NCBI GenBank assembly: GCA_022646745.1
Contig: CP060262.1
Coordinates: forward strand, 420,001 to 452,000
DNA: 32,000 nt
Reading direction: 5' to 3'
From: Planctomycetales bacterium
Lineage (GTDB): Bacteria > 4484-113 > JAFGCY01
In this document: positions 9,201 to 15,757 of the stretch, piece by piece
Layout: each line of letters opens with the position of its first letter
Position numbering within the stretch: position 1 is the first letter of the stretch
Notes under the pieces: model-generated
The model's database searches: none
What the model saw: only the letters and a program-made list of their open reading frames with translations
Told to the model about the DNA's origin: nothing
Translations under genes and position numbers: made by a program

Positions 9201-9527
9201 GCCGAAACCGCTGACGGGATACACAATGAAGGCGGATGCGCCGTTACCAAACAGGTGCAGCGAGCCTCCGAGGTTTTCGGCATTGAGTGAGTTCCACTGG
9301 CCACCTTCATAGTAGGGGTCTATGCTGTGCCATCCCGGTCCGCTGATCGAAATGCTGCGCTGTGCTTCCAGGGCTTCAAGCGGCGGAAGGCCGGGGCTTT
9401 CCATCCCCGTTGCAGGACCGGTGACAGGGGAATCAATCTCCTGCATGGGCTGCTGGGCAGACCCGGAGCAGGAAGCGGCAAGCAGCGCAATCATCGCGCA
9501 AAACAGCAGCGCAAGTCTGGCGGTCAT
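6300..9527 (-). CDS. Large probable lipoprotein (1075 aa) with the shared N-terminal domain, FN3-like and PKD-like modules
   Basis: GAGGA lies 7 nt before the ATG. MTARLALLFCAMIALLAASCSGS is signal/lipobox-like. AIAADFQIGRWRVIGPF matches the N-domain of the two propeller genes. An FN3-like segment (PPTLVTLPTGYSSLYMSWM...GYRYRLAAEDSSGNRSPW) is followed by a PKD-like segment (VTVDVDFGTDSYDPEGVGIDQW). Confidence 0.85.
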   Translation of the reverse strand: MTARLALLFCAMIALLAASCSGSAQQPMQEIDSPVTGPATGMESPGLPPLEALEAQRSISISGPGWHSIDPYYEGGQWNSLNAENLGGSLHLFGNGASAFIVYPVSGFGEDAFPTSLRTDASDDPVGEYFAIAADFQIGRWRVIGPFTDDATIEFPGLDEPGSQRRYLSPSGIAYVGLMLATNDSFDFSRIELGVDGGNSAPRPPTLVTLPTGYSSLYMSWMHSPDSADADFAGYRLERAPMLFGDYAGVGTGLVNDSSFVDDTIQEGQGYRYRLAAEDSSGNRSPWLLFQGASVIGTKQDPVIVVHAPSGPLYGPVTVDVDFGTDSYDPEGVGIDQWVIASPSIGALPATDGKISFTLQPGCHFLQFTVSTTDARFATASRLLKVYPQWDSAPKLVEDTSTSTQSRIWYPSMRFGLNGLPTLFGYERRLQGVGMWEYGFGDPDATLDLLPAYWPVDALTAPIYTEGIVMAASMDNRAWLAVFDYEGKHWVEGPPLLDSKVLALTSASFNNNFLFCNRTGTVDEDIVAYRLDNLLEPILIAENVGDVYRIGAVARESDAGTFLFVQTLTELLWYQLDFALNVVDSGQIAAALVGDPRMPVIDPVTDRPVLVLETSPYQWTAMDELGMWSAPAPIDNTEVNRSGASITTVDNIYCSFAYASGQARVYRFNGSSWDVHSVLSHSTNSGYPMAVMDAQVGERTLDLVDTTIDGEMRAMRITDDGSSPVNSYLPRSKGQGSAMHASQQAVQLHVTWTNMDGAQSELRYSNDHGDNWNFYLLMFGQYWTNGSDGLGQAYYSVNDGISQKLYYWDGIGLTSQATVSMGSLDYRPMLAKRSFGDDMLWYAFDSGTELAQEVIGHYNTGAPLLDYSAASHTPALRPVWNGVVNNIGYRSRIFARCGGVSPAASSLALYQSNQDTYELVDNKVYQFPADLQDDMMVRGRGLATCSYLGNVPYLTDQAFFSTYGADGRALRYVVDYFGNSASSQFGSLPEPLLRDERRTVSCETLRSQTGLMLMGDVEGRELDFQWSNFGDWESLPLPDGLAGKSMFELCEDPDGRWHIFYRDNFTDQIWMLSTL

Positions 9528-9639
9528 GGATCATCCTCATCATCTATCTGATTCCCGGAATGGCGTTTGCGGCCTCAAGCAGCCTCGACCCACCAACCGG
9601 TTAGCAAAATAGTACGCCAGCAGGAACTGATTCGATACC

Positions 9640-9830
9640 CTGAATCGATTCTGCTTGGTGACACGGTGCGACATGGAATAAATAGTTGTGACCTATGGCA
9701 ATCTGATAAGCATATATTAATAATATGTATTGTTGATTGCCATATATGAATTACTTGAAGGTAATTCATTTATAATATAGAAAACTAACATCAATTATGT
9801 TACAATCCTGCTAACAGGAGGTTTGGCTAT
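9640..9830. promoter_or_regulatory. AT-rich island with nested inverted repeats in the divergent intergenic region
   Basis: A sharp drop in GC. TATGGCAATC (9694-9703) pairs with GATTGCCATA (9735-9744) and encloses the near-palindrome CATATATTAATAATATG. A perfect inverted repeat TGAATTAC (9747-9754) / GTAATTCA (9761-9768) has a 6-nt spacer. Confidence 0.5.
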
Positions 9831-9885
9831 GTAGGACCAGGTTTAGCGAAATCGACCCGGGATGTACCCGGGAGCCGCTGGTACC

Positions 9886-9891
9886 TATAAT
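9886..9891 (+). promoter_or_regulatory. Possible -10 box TATAAT for the nfeD-flotillin operon
   Basis: Perfect TATAAT 73 nt upstream of ATG 9965, with a weak -35 (TGTACC, 17-bp spacer). The predicted leader contains hairpin CCGGAT CAT ATCCGG (9912-9926). Confidence 0.3.
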
Positions 9892-9964
9892 GGAACCGGC
9901 GGAGCAGACAGCCGGATCATATCCGGACTGCATTCGGACTCTCTTTTGACAAGGGGTCAAGGCA

Positions 9965-10732
9965 ATGGACGTCCTCAATTACATCTACTGGATCAGTTTC
10001 GTGGTCGGGACAGGCTACGTGCTGTTCGCCGGTGTGATGGGCATGGCGGGCGGATTCGACACCGAAGGTGGCGACGTCGGCCTGGACAGCCATGACTTCG
10101 ACGCGGGCGCCCACGGCCTCGACATCGACGGGCATGACTTCGACATCGACGGGCATGACCTGGACGTGCAGGACATCGACGGCGGTTCCGGCGCGGGCTT
10201 CGAGGGACTCGAAGCTGAGGCGGATGCCGAACATGACGGACATCACGGCGGGTCGCATGCCGCCAAGGATTACGGTGAGAACCTCGGCTCGACCGGAGGG
10301 CACTCGCCGGACCTTGCCAACTTCAACCCGTTCAGCATGGTCAGCATGGCTTCCTTCCTCGCCGCATTCGGCGGGGCGGGCATCCTGGCGACGCTCAACG
10401 GGACAGGGCTGGCAATCAGCATCCTCGCGGCACTGGCCGGCGGCGTTGTGATGTCACTGCTGTTCTGGCTGGTCGTCGGCAAGTGGCTGTTCAGCCTGCA
10501 GGGCACCAGCCAGGCCCGCGACATCGACATGATCGGCATGGAAGCCGAGGTGATCACTCCGCTGGCGCACGACAAGACCGGCGAGATCGCCTACAACCTG
10601 CGCGGCACGCGCTTCACGAGCCCGGCCCGGCTCTCCACGGAAGGGGAGGTCGGCCGCAACGAGAAGGTGCGCATCCGCCTGAAGAAGGACAACACGGTAT
10701 ACGTGGACAGGCAGCGCAAGCTGCTTGAGTGA
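9965..10732 (+). CDS. NfeD-family membrane protein (YqiJ-like) with a His/Asp-rich loop
   Basis: An N-terminal TM helix is followed by the acidic His/Asp tract HDFDAGAHGLDIDGHDFDIDGHDLDVQDIDGG, then TM helices, then a C-terminal OB-like tail (GMEAEVITPLAHDKTGEIAYNLRGTRFTSPARL...VRIRLKKDNTVYV). It sits directly upstream of a flotillin gene, the classic NfeD-SPFH pairing. Confidence 0.75.
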   Translation: MDVLNYIYWISFVVGTGYVLFAGVMGMAGGFDTEGGDVGLDSHDFDAGAHGLDIDGHDFDIDGHDLDVQDIDGGSGAGFEGLEAEADAEHDGHHGGSHAAKDYGENLGSTGGHSPDLANFNPFSMVSMASFLAAFGGAGILATLNGTGLAISILAALAGGVVMSLLFWLVVGKWLFSLQGTSQARDIDMIGMEAEVITPLAHDKTGEIAYNLRGTRFTSPARLSTEGEVGRNEKVRIRLKKDNTVYVDRQRKLLE

Positions 10733-10836
10733 GCACTGCCGCTGGGGACAGTAACAGTCGCAGTGGACTATAATCAGCCTGCACTACCACGTGCAGGAAG
10801 GCGTTGCCCGGAATGCTCCGGGCGAGGAGCGGGGAA

Positions 10837-12474
10837 ATGTTAGCAATGTTGATTCAGGGCTTCGACCTGAACCCGGTGGTGATCGGACTGTGCATCCTGG
10901 CGTTCGTCATAATCATCCTGATAATCTGGGCCAGCCGCTACACCAAGGTACCGCCGAATGCGGTAATGGTGGTGTCGGGTGGCATGGGCCAGCGGCTCAG
11001 GAGTTCCGATGGCAGCAGCGACCGCATCGGCTTCCGCATCATCAAGGGTGGCGGTACATTCGTCGTCCCGGTGCTGGAGCGCGTTGACATCCTCAGCCTC
11101 GAGCTGATGACGATCGACGTGCGAACGCCGGAGGTCTACACCCAGCAGGGTGTGCCGATCCTCGTGGACGGCGTCTCGCAGATCAAGATCCGTTCTGACG
11201 ACGTGAGCATCGCCACCGCGGTGGAGCAGTTCCTGTCAAAGCCCTCCGAGGAGATTGCGAGGATCGCCCAGCAGACGCTGGAAGGCCACCTGCGTGCCAT
11301 CATGGGCACCATGACGGTGGAGGAGATCTACCGCAACCGCGACAGCTTCGCCCAGAAGGTGCAGGAGTTCGCCGCGGCGGACCTCGCCAACATGGGCCTG
11401 CAGATCGTGAGCTTCACGATCCGCGACGTGAAGGACAACGAGGGCTACCTGGACGCACTGGGCAAGACCCGCACCGCCGAGGTCAAGCGTGACGCCGCCA
11501 TCGGTGAGAGCCAGGCGAACCGTGATGCGACGATCAAGGCCGCGGAGTTCCGCCAGCAGGGTGAAACCGCCAAGTTCGCCGCCGAGACGAAGATCGCCTC
11601 TTCGAACCGTGACTACGAGATCGAGGTTGCCAACTACGCCAAGGACGTGAACCGCGAGAAGGCGGAGGCCGACCTGGCCTACGAACTGCAGAAGAACAAG
11701 TCGATGCGCGCCGTCCGTGAGGAGCAGGTGAACGTCGAGATCACCGAGAAGCACAAGCGCATTGAGCTCGAGAACCTCGAGATCGAGCGCAAGCAGAAGG
11801 AGCTCGAGGCCACCGTGCAGCGTCCGGCGGACGCCAAGAAGTACGAGATCGAGCGTGTGGCTGAGGCCGAGCGCTTCCGCCTCGAGAACGTGGCGGAAGG
11901 TGAGAGCCGCTCCAAGCGCCTGACCGGTCTGGCGGATGCCGACGTGGTCAAGGCCCAGGGTGAGGCGGACGGTGAGGCGACCCGTAACCGCGGTCTCGCG
12001 GAAGCTGAGGTGCGCAAGCAGAAGGGTCTGGCGGAAGCCGAGATCGTGCTGAAGACGCAGCTCGCCGAAGCCGAGGGCCTCAAGCAGAAGGGTCTGGCCG
12101 AAGCGCTTGCCGCGCAGGAGAAGGCCAAGGCCTGGCAGGAGTACAACGAGGCGGCCATCGCCCAGCTGCTGATCGAGCGCCTGCCGGAGATCGCGAGTGC
12201 GATCAGCGCCCCGATGAGCAAGATCGAGCGCATCGTGGTGGTCGGCGGCGGGGACGGGTCCCGCGGCACCGGTGCCTCGAAGATCACCCAGGACATCGGC
12301 CAGGTGCTGGCCGAGCTGCCCCCGGTGGTCAAGGCGTTGTCAGGAGTGGACCTGCAGCAGCTGATCGAGCGCTTGCCGGACCTTGCCAGCGGCAAGTACG
12401 GCGGCAACGGCGGCAGCCAGCCGGTCAAGTCCACCAGCAACGGTGACAATGACGGTGGCCCGGTGATTTCCTAG
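10837..12474 (+). CDS. Flotillin / SPFH (band 7) domain protein (545 aa)
   Basis: Track ORF 10804..12474 trimmed to ATG 10837 (GAGGAG about 8 nt upstream). It has an N-terminal TM helix, an SPFH core (VPPNAVMVVSGG...RIIKGGGTFVVPVLERVDILSLELMTIDV) and a long coiled coil with EA repeats (GLAEAEVRKQKGLAEAEIVLKTQLAEAEGLKQKGLAEA). Confidence 0.9.
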   Translation: MLAMLIQGFDLNPVVIGLCILAFVIIILIIWASRYTKVPPNAVMVVSGGMGQRLRSSDGSSDRIGFRIIKGGGTFVVPVLERVDILSLELMTIDVRTPEVYTQQGVPILVDGVSQIKIRSDDVSIATAVEQFLSKPSEEIARIAQQTLEGHLRAIMGTMTVEEIYRNRDSFAQKVQEFAAADLANMGLQIVSFTIRDVKDNEGYLDALGKTRTAEVKRDAAIGESQANRDATIKAAEFRQQGETAKFAAETKIASSNRDYEIEVANYAKDVNREKAEADLAYELQKNKSMRAVREEQVNVEITEKHKRIELENLEIERKQKELEATVQRPADAKKYEIERVAEAERFRLENVAEGESRSKRLTGLADADVVKAQGEADGEATRNRGLAEAEVRKQKGLAEAEIVLKTQLAEAEGLKQKGLAEALAAQEKAKAWQEYNEAAIAQLLIERLPEIASAISAPMSKIERIVVVGGGDGSRGTGASKITQDIGQVLAELPPVVKALSGVDLQQLIERLPDLASGKYGGNGGSQPVKSTSNGDNDGGPVIS

Positions 12475-12557
12475 GAGGCCAGGCTGTCAGCCTGGCAAAC
12501 CTCAGACGTCAGACAACAGATCTGACATCTGAAGTCTGGAATCTGAACTCTCAGACA

Positions 12558-12582
12558 GGCCCCGCTTCGGCGGGGCCTTTTT
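12558..12582 (+). terminator. Rho-independent terminator after the flotillin gene
   Basis: GGCCCCGC (12558-12565), TTCG loop, GCGGGGCC (12570-12577), then TTTTT (12578-12582). Confidence 0.85.
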
Positions 12583-12583
12583 C

Positions 12584-12776
12584 ATGAGTAATGAGTAATG
12601 AGCAATCGACAGCAATGAGTAATGAGCAATGAAGAGTGAGACTAAGTGGCTGCGTTGAGGGAGCCGCGAAGCGCAGCTTCGCTGGCTTTGTGAGCATGCG
12701 CAGCTTCGTCATGCAGAATGCATGACTTCGCAACGCTGCTCCAGGATCATTGCTCATTCTTCATTGCTCATTGCTT
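12584..12776. repeat. Heptamer-armed palindromic intergenic element with a hairpin-rich core
   Basis: Left arm (AATGAGT/AATGAGC)n at 12584-12640. The inverted right arm CATTGCTCATTCTTCATTGCTCATTGC lies at 12748-12776. The core carries GCGAAGC-GCA-GCTTCGC (12666-12682), GTCATGCA-GAA-TGCATGAC (12708-12726) and an 11-nt direct repeat GCGCAGCTTCG (12671 and 12698). Confidence 0.8.
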
Positions 12777-12981
12777 CCCCTGCGGCGGGAGTGCCGCCGC
12801 TGCGGGCCACTGTCCACTTCTGATCCCTACTCCCGCAACCTGCAACCTGATTGAAACTGAGTCCCAGAACAAATTAGGAGAATTTTAATGATAATCGGGA
12901 ACCATCTTTCATACTGCAGGTCTATCTGTGTGGGTGAGGTGTTTTTCCTGAAACACCAAGTTGTGCAAGGAAGGTACACGC

Positions 12982-13242
12982 ATGGGTCGTAGTGACATCA
13001 ATACACTTTCCGTCTCGTTTGAGCCCGCACCGCGTGCGGAGATCAAGCCGGAAATCACGCTGGACAGCCTGCATAGCGCTCGCAAGGTGGAAAGCCTGCT
13101 TACCGAGCTGCATCGCTGCCCGAGCTGCGACAGCAAGCTCAGCAAGCCGGAGGCCAAGATGGGCCGCTGCCTGAGCTGCGGCAGCAAACTGCTCGCGGAG
13201 CAGGGTGAGGAGAACAAGCGTTCCTTCACCATCGGAATCTAG
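12982..13242 (+). CDS. Small zinc-ribbon protein (86 aa)
   Basis: Track ORF 12961..13242 trimmed to ATG 12982 (AGGAAGG upstream). CPSC-x16-CLSC four-Cys pattern. A terminator follows the gene. Confidence 0.6.
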   Translation: MGRSDINTLSVSFEPAPRAEIKPEITLDSLHSARKVESLLTELHRCPSCDSKLSKPEAKMGRCLSCGSKLLAEQGEENKRSFTIGI

Positions 13243-13280
13243 ACGAACAATCCTCTAACCGATCTAACAGTCAACGTCTG

Positions 13281-13315
13281 CAGGTGCATCGCCAGGTGCA
13301 CCTGTGGCGTTTTTC
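13281..13315 (+). terminator. Rho-independent terminator after the zinc-ribbon gene
   Basis: CAGGTGCA (13281-13288) pairs with TGCACCTG (13297-13304). An alternative stem is GCCAGG-TGCA-CCTGTGGC. A TTTTT run lies at 13310-13314. Confidence 0.65.
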
Positions 13316-13324
13316 TATGTGCGT

Positions 13325-14074
13325 TTATTCGCCGGACTGGCCGTTGATGAAGCGGTAGTTCTCCAGGTCATCGATGTCGTAGGCGATCCCTGCATCCCGC
13401 ACATGCACGCCGCGCACGCGTGCGCCGGTCAGCTGCTCCGCCCGGCGTTCCAGCAGCGCCAGCGTCAGGCGGCCGGTGAGCATCCCCCAGACCACCGGCA
13501 GGCCGAAGAAGATCGCCATCTTGTGCACGCTCTTGCGGTTGTGGAACAGGTCGCGCGCCAGCGGCATGTTCTGGCGCAGCACCGGACCGGTGATGTAGAA
13601 GGCGCTGCCCATCGTGAAATGGCCGCCATCCAGCTTCTCGAAACGGTTTTTAGCCCCGGGAAACTTGGTGAGGAAGTCCTCCCGCGAGACCACCGGCATA
13701 CACAGCTCGCCCATGTCCTGTGCGCGGCTGACGAAGTTGCCGAGCACCTCAGCGTTGATGCGCGGCAGGTCGGGGCTGAGCACCACGTAGTCGTGCACAT
13801 GGCCGCCGAGGTGCTCGTAGGCGTTCATGATGTTGTCCACCACATCCGCGCCGATCTGCACGTATTCCGCTTCCTCGGGCATGTTGTCCACCACCTCATG
13901 GTTGCCGCTGACCACGATGCGGTCGAACAGGCCACTGTCCTTGGCGGCGTCCACAGCGGTGTGCAGCAACGTGCGGCCGTTGACAGGCAGCAGTGCCTTG
14001 GTGGCATGGGGGCTGAACTGGCGCAGTTCCTCCGGCAGCTGTCCCCCGGCGATCAGGATGGCATTGAGGCCCAC
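13325..14074 (-). CDS. MobA-like NTP-transferase family protein (249 aa)
   Basis: GTG start. The N-terminus LNAILIAGGQ...KALLPVNGRTLLHTAVDAA is the nucleotidyltransferase (NTP_transf_3/MobA-like) signature. The specific substrate cannot be told from the sequence. Confidence 0.7.
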   Translation of the reverse strand: MGLNAILIAGGQLPEELRQFSPHATKALLPVNGRTLLHTAVDAAKDSGLFDRIVVSGNHEVVDNMPEEAEYVQIGADVVDNIMNAYEHLGGHVHDYVVLSPDLPRINAEVLGNFVSRAQDMGELCMPVVSREDFLTKFPGAKNRFEKLDGGHFTMGSAFYITGPVLRQNMPLARDLFHNRKSVHKMAIFFGLPVVWGMLTGRLTLALLERRAEQLTGARVRGVHVRDAGIAYDIDDLENYRFINGQSGE

Positions 14075-14080
14075 ATGCCT

Positions 14081-14086
14081 ATTCTA
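14081..14086 (-). promoter_or_regulatory. -10-like TAGAAT (minus strand), 6 nt upstream of GTG 14074
   Basis: The minus strand reads TGTAGAAT AGGCAT GTG, which is the leaderless configuration. Confidence 0.35.
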
Positions 14087-14121
14087 CAGGAGCCGCAGCG
14101 CAGCACGGGCGTGTTCGCGTA

Positions 14122-14127
14122 TAGAAT
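14122..14127 (+). promoter_or_regulatory. -10-like TAGAAT, 8 nt upstream of TTG 14136
   Basis: The sequence reads TATAGAAT GGGATGGC TTG. It mirrors the divergent TAGAAT at 14081-14086. Confidence 0.35.
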
Positions 14128-14135
14128 GGGATGGC

Positions 14136-14831
14136 TTGGGAACTGACCTGCACAGGAGGCGCTATTCGGACTGGCTTATCGACCAGGAGGCCAGCCTGAC
14201 GCGCCGCCGCGACTTCATCAACCGCTCGCTGATCGGCGCCGGTGTGCTCGTGGCGCTGCTGGAGGCACTGTTCCCCTGGCAGCAGTACACCCCAAGCGTG
14301 CCGGGGGTGCTGCACATCCTCGTGGCGGCGATCCTTTTGCCACTGCTGTACTTCCTGCTGCAGAATGACTACCGCAACAAGCTGGTGGACTTCACCTCGG
14401 CGATGAACGATACGACGAAGCGCCTGATCTTCATCGACCCCTGGCTGGAGCCGGAGCAGGTGGCGCTGCAGGCAAGCTTCCAGTCCTCGCAGCTCGGCCC
14501 GGCACGGCAGGCACTGGACCAGGTGGTGCGCCGCGCACCGACCCCCTCCCTGCGGCTGAGGGTGAGTGAGTACTACCGCGGGTTGCCGAGCCACATGCAT
14601 GAGGGCGACCGGATGGGGATGCTGAGCCTGATGCATCCCAAGACAGCGCTGAGCTGGCTGGCCAGTGCGGCGATGATCTGGATCCTGCTGCCCGGAGTCG
14701 GGATCAGCATCGGGGCCGGCAGCGGGCTGACGCTCCTGCCGCTGCTGCTGCCGGTGTTCCTCGTCGGCGGGCACTACAACTCGCGCTTCGCCTACGAGCT
14801 GGCGCTGTACAACTGGCTCAGGCTGGGGTGA
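14136..14831 (+). CDS. Hypothetical membrane protein (about 231 aa, start uncertain)
   Basis: This is the 3' part of track ORF 13827..14831, whose 5' part is antisense to 13325..14074. There is no in-frame ATG. In-frame TTG 14136 lies 8 nt after TAGAAT. Hydrophobic segments include GAGVLVALLEALF, GVLHILVAAILLPLLYFLL and SWLASAAMIWILLPGVGISIGAGSGLTLLPLLLPVFLVGG. Confidence 0.55.
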   Translation: MGTDLHRRRYSDWLIDQEASLTRRRDFINRSLIGAGVLVALLEALFPWQQYTPSVPGVLHILVAAILLPLLYFLLQNDYRNKLVDFTSAMNDTTKRLIFIDPWLEPEQVALQASFQSSQLGPARQALDQVVRRAPTPSLRLRVSEYYRGLPSHMHEGDRMGMLSLMHPKTALSWLASAAMIWILLPGVGISIGAGSGLTLLPLLLPVFLVGGHYNSRFAYELALYNWLRLG

Positions 14832-14862
14832 GCACAGGCCTGATCGTGGGTAATACACTTAG

Positions 14863-15717
14863 GTGATGGGAATCCGCAGCTTCATTGGCATCATTGCCAT
14901 CCTCGCGCTCGCGTGGCTCAGCTCCTGCCCGCAGTCGCAGCCGGCCACGGACGGACAGGCCGCCGCCCCGGCGCGCGAAGCATCCAAGCCACGCAGGCTC
15001 AGGCTCGTATGCGACCCGCTGCTCGTCAGCCTGCTGGAAACGCTGGAGCCGGAGCTTGGCAACGGCCTGAAGGGCTACGACCTGGAACCGCTGGAGCGTG
15101 GCGAGCTGCTGGACAAGCTGGCAGCCGGCGAGAAGTTCGCGGGCGTGGATGCCTTCCTGTTCTCCGATCCTGAAGTGCGCACGGCACTGAGCGGGGCCGG
15201 CCTGCTCAGTGAGGCCACCATGCGCACCTTCGCCGGTGACCGGCTGGCGCTGGTTGCCCGCAAGGGCGAAAGCTGGCGCGCGGAAAGCCTGTTTGACATC
15301 TACCGCCTGCGCTTCAAGTGGCTGGGCGTCGGCAGCGAACGGACCGTGACCGGCTACTATGCCCCGCAGGCGCTGGTCACCGACGGGGTCATGCCGCGCG
15401 TGGAGGACCGCCTGAGCCATCCGGACACGGCGGCGGCGATCCTGCAGGAGCTGCTGGACAAGGGTTCGCAGATGGCGATCGTGCCGCGCTCGCTGATCGT
15501 TGGCAACGAGGAGACCAAGCTCGTGCTGCTGCTGCCGCGCGACCTGCATGAGGACTTCATCTACCAGGTGGCGGCGGCCAGCGGGCTGGAGGATGACAGC
15601 TCCGTGATGGCGCTGCTCACCGGGCTGGCCGAGAATGAAGCGGTGCAGGCCCTGATCGCAGGGTATGGTTTTGACAATCGCGACGAGGCGATGGGACTGA
15701 ACGTCGCACCGGAGTAG
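14863..15717 (+). CDS. ModA-like periplasmic substrate-binding lipoprotein (molybdate/tungstate-type PBP2 fold)
   Basis: Signal peptide and lipobox (IAILALAWLSSC). DAFLFSDPEVRTALSGAGLLSEATMRTFAGDRLALVARKG and VGSERTVTGYYAPQALVTDGV are colinear with the ModA blocks. The start is GTG 14863 or ATG 14866. Confidence 0.5.
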   Translation: MMGIRSFIGIIAILALAWLSSCPQSQPATDGQAAAPAREASKPRRLRLVCDPLLVSLLETLEPELGNGLKGYDLEPLERGELLDKLAAGEKFAGVDAFLFSDPEVRTALSGAGLLSEATMRTFAGDRLALVARKGESWRAESLFDIYRLRFKWLGVGSERTVTGYYAPQALVTDGVMPRVEDRLSHPDTAAAILQELLDKGSQMAIVPRSLIVGNEETKLVLLLPRDLHEDFIYQVAAASGLEDDSSVMALLTGLAENEAVQALIAGYGFDNRDEAMGLNVAPE

Positions 15718-15756
15718 TGGGCAGTGGCCAGAATGAGAAGCAGAAACAGAAGCAGG
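15712..15756. repeat. Single repeat arm between convergent genes
   Basis: GAGTAGTGGGCAGTGGCCAGAATGAGAAGCAGAAACAGAAGCAGG. The TAG stop of the ModA-like gene (15715-15717) lies inside the CAGTAG-type unit. The arm fills the whole gap up to the convergent stop at 15758. Confidence 0.7.
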
Positions 15757-15757
15757 T

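Noticed and set aside
2272-9312. Long antisense or overlapping ORFs inside the TPR and propeller genes, for example 2272..3048, 3811..4293(-), 4091..4525(-), 4399..4914(-), 5355..5906(-), 6354..6992, 7224..8111 and 8436..9290
   Set aside because: Each lies entirely within a better-supported gene that has signal peptides and internal repeats. Their translations are low-complexity Arg/Ala/Gly/His-rich strings with no start signals.
9567-9769. ORFs 9567..9749(+) and 9575..9769(-) in the AT-rich island
   Set aside because: They mutually overlap and have no SD. Their composition and Cys/Ile-rich translations look like chance ORFs in AT-rich DNA. The dyad symmetries suggest a regulatory or RNA role instead.
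11880-12130. Repetitive GLAEAE / EA-rich segment in the flotillin gene as a novel repeat
   Set aside because: Glu-Ala heptad repeats are a standard feature of the flotillin coiled-coil domain.
12551-12757. ORF 12551..12757(-), 68 aa
   Set aside because: It reads through the terminator stem and the heptamer arm, and its low-complexity translation derives from the repeats. It has no start signal.
14832-14862. Moco riboswitch upstream of the ModA-like or MoeA-like genes
   Set aside because: The available leaders are too short (about 30 nt before 14863). The region upstream of 1324 shows only the repeat element, not the multi-stem Moco motif.
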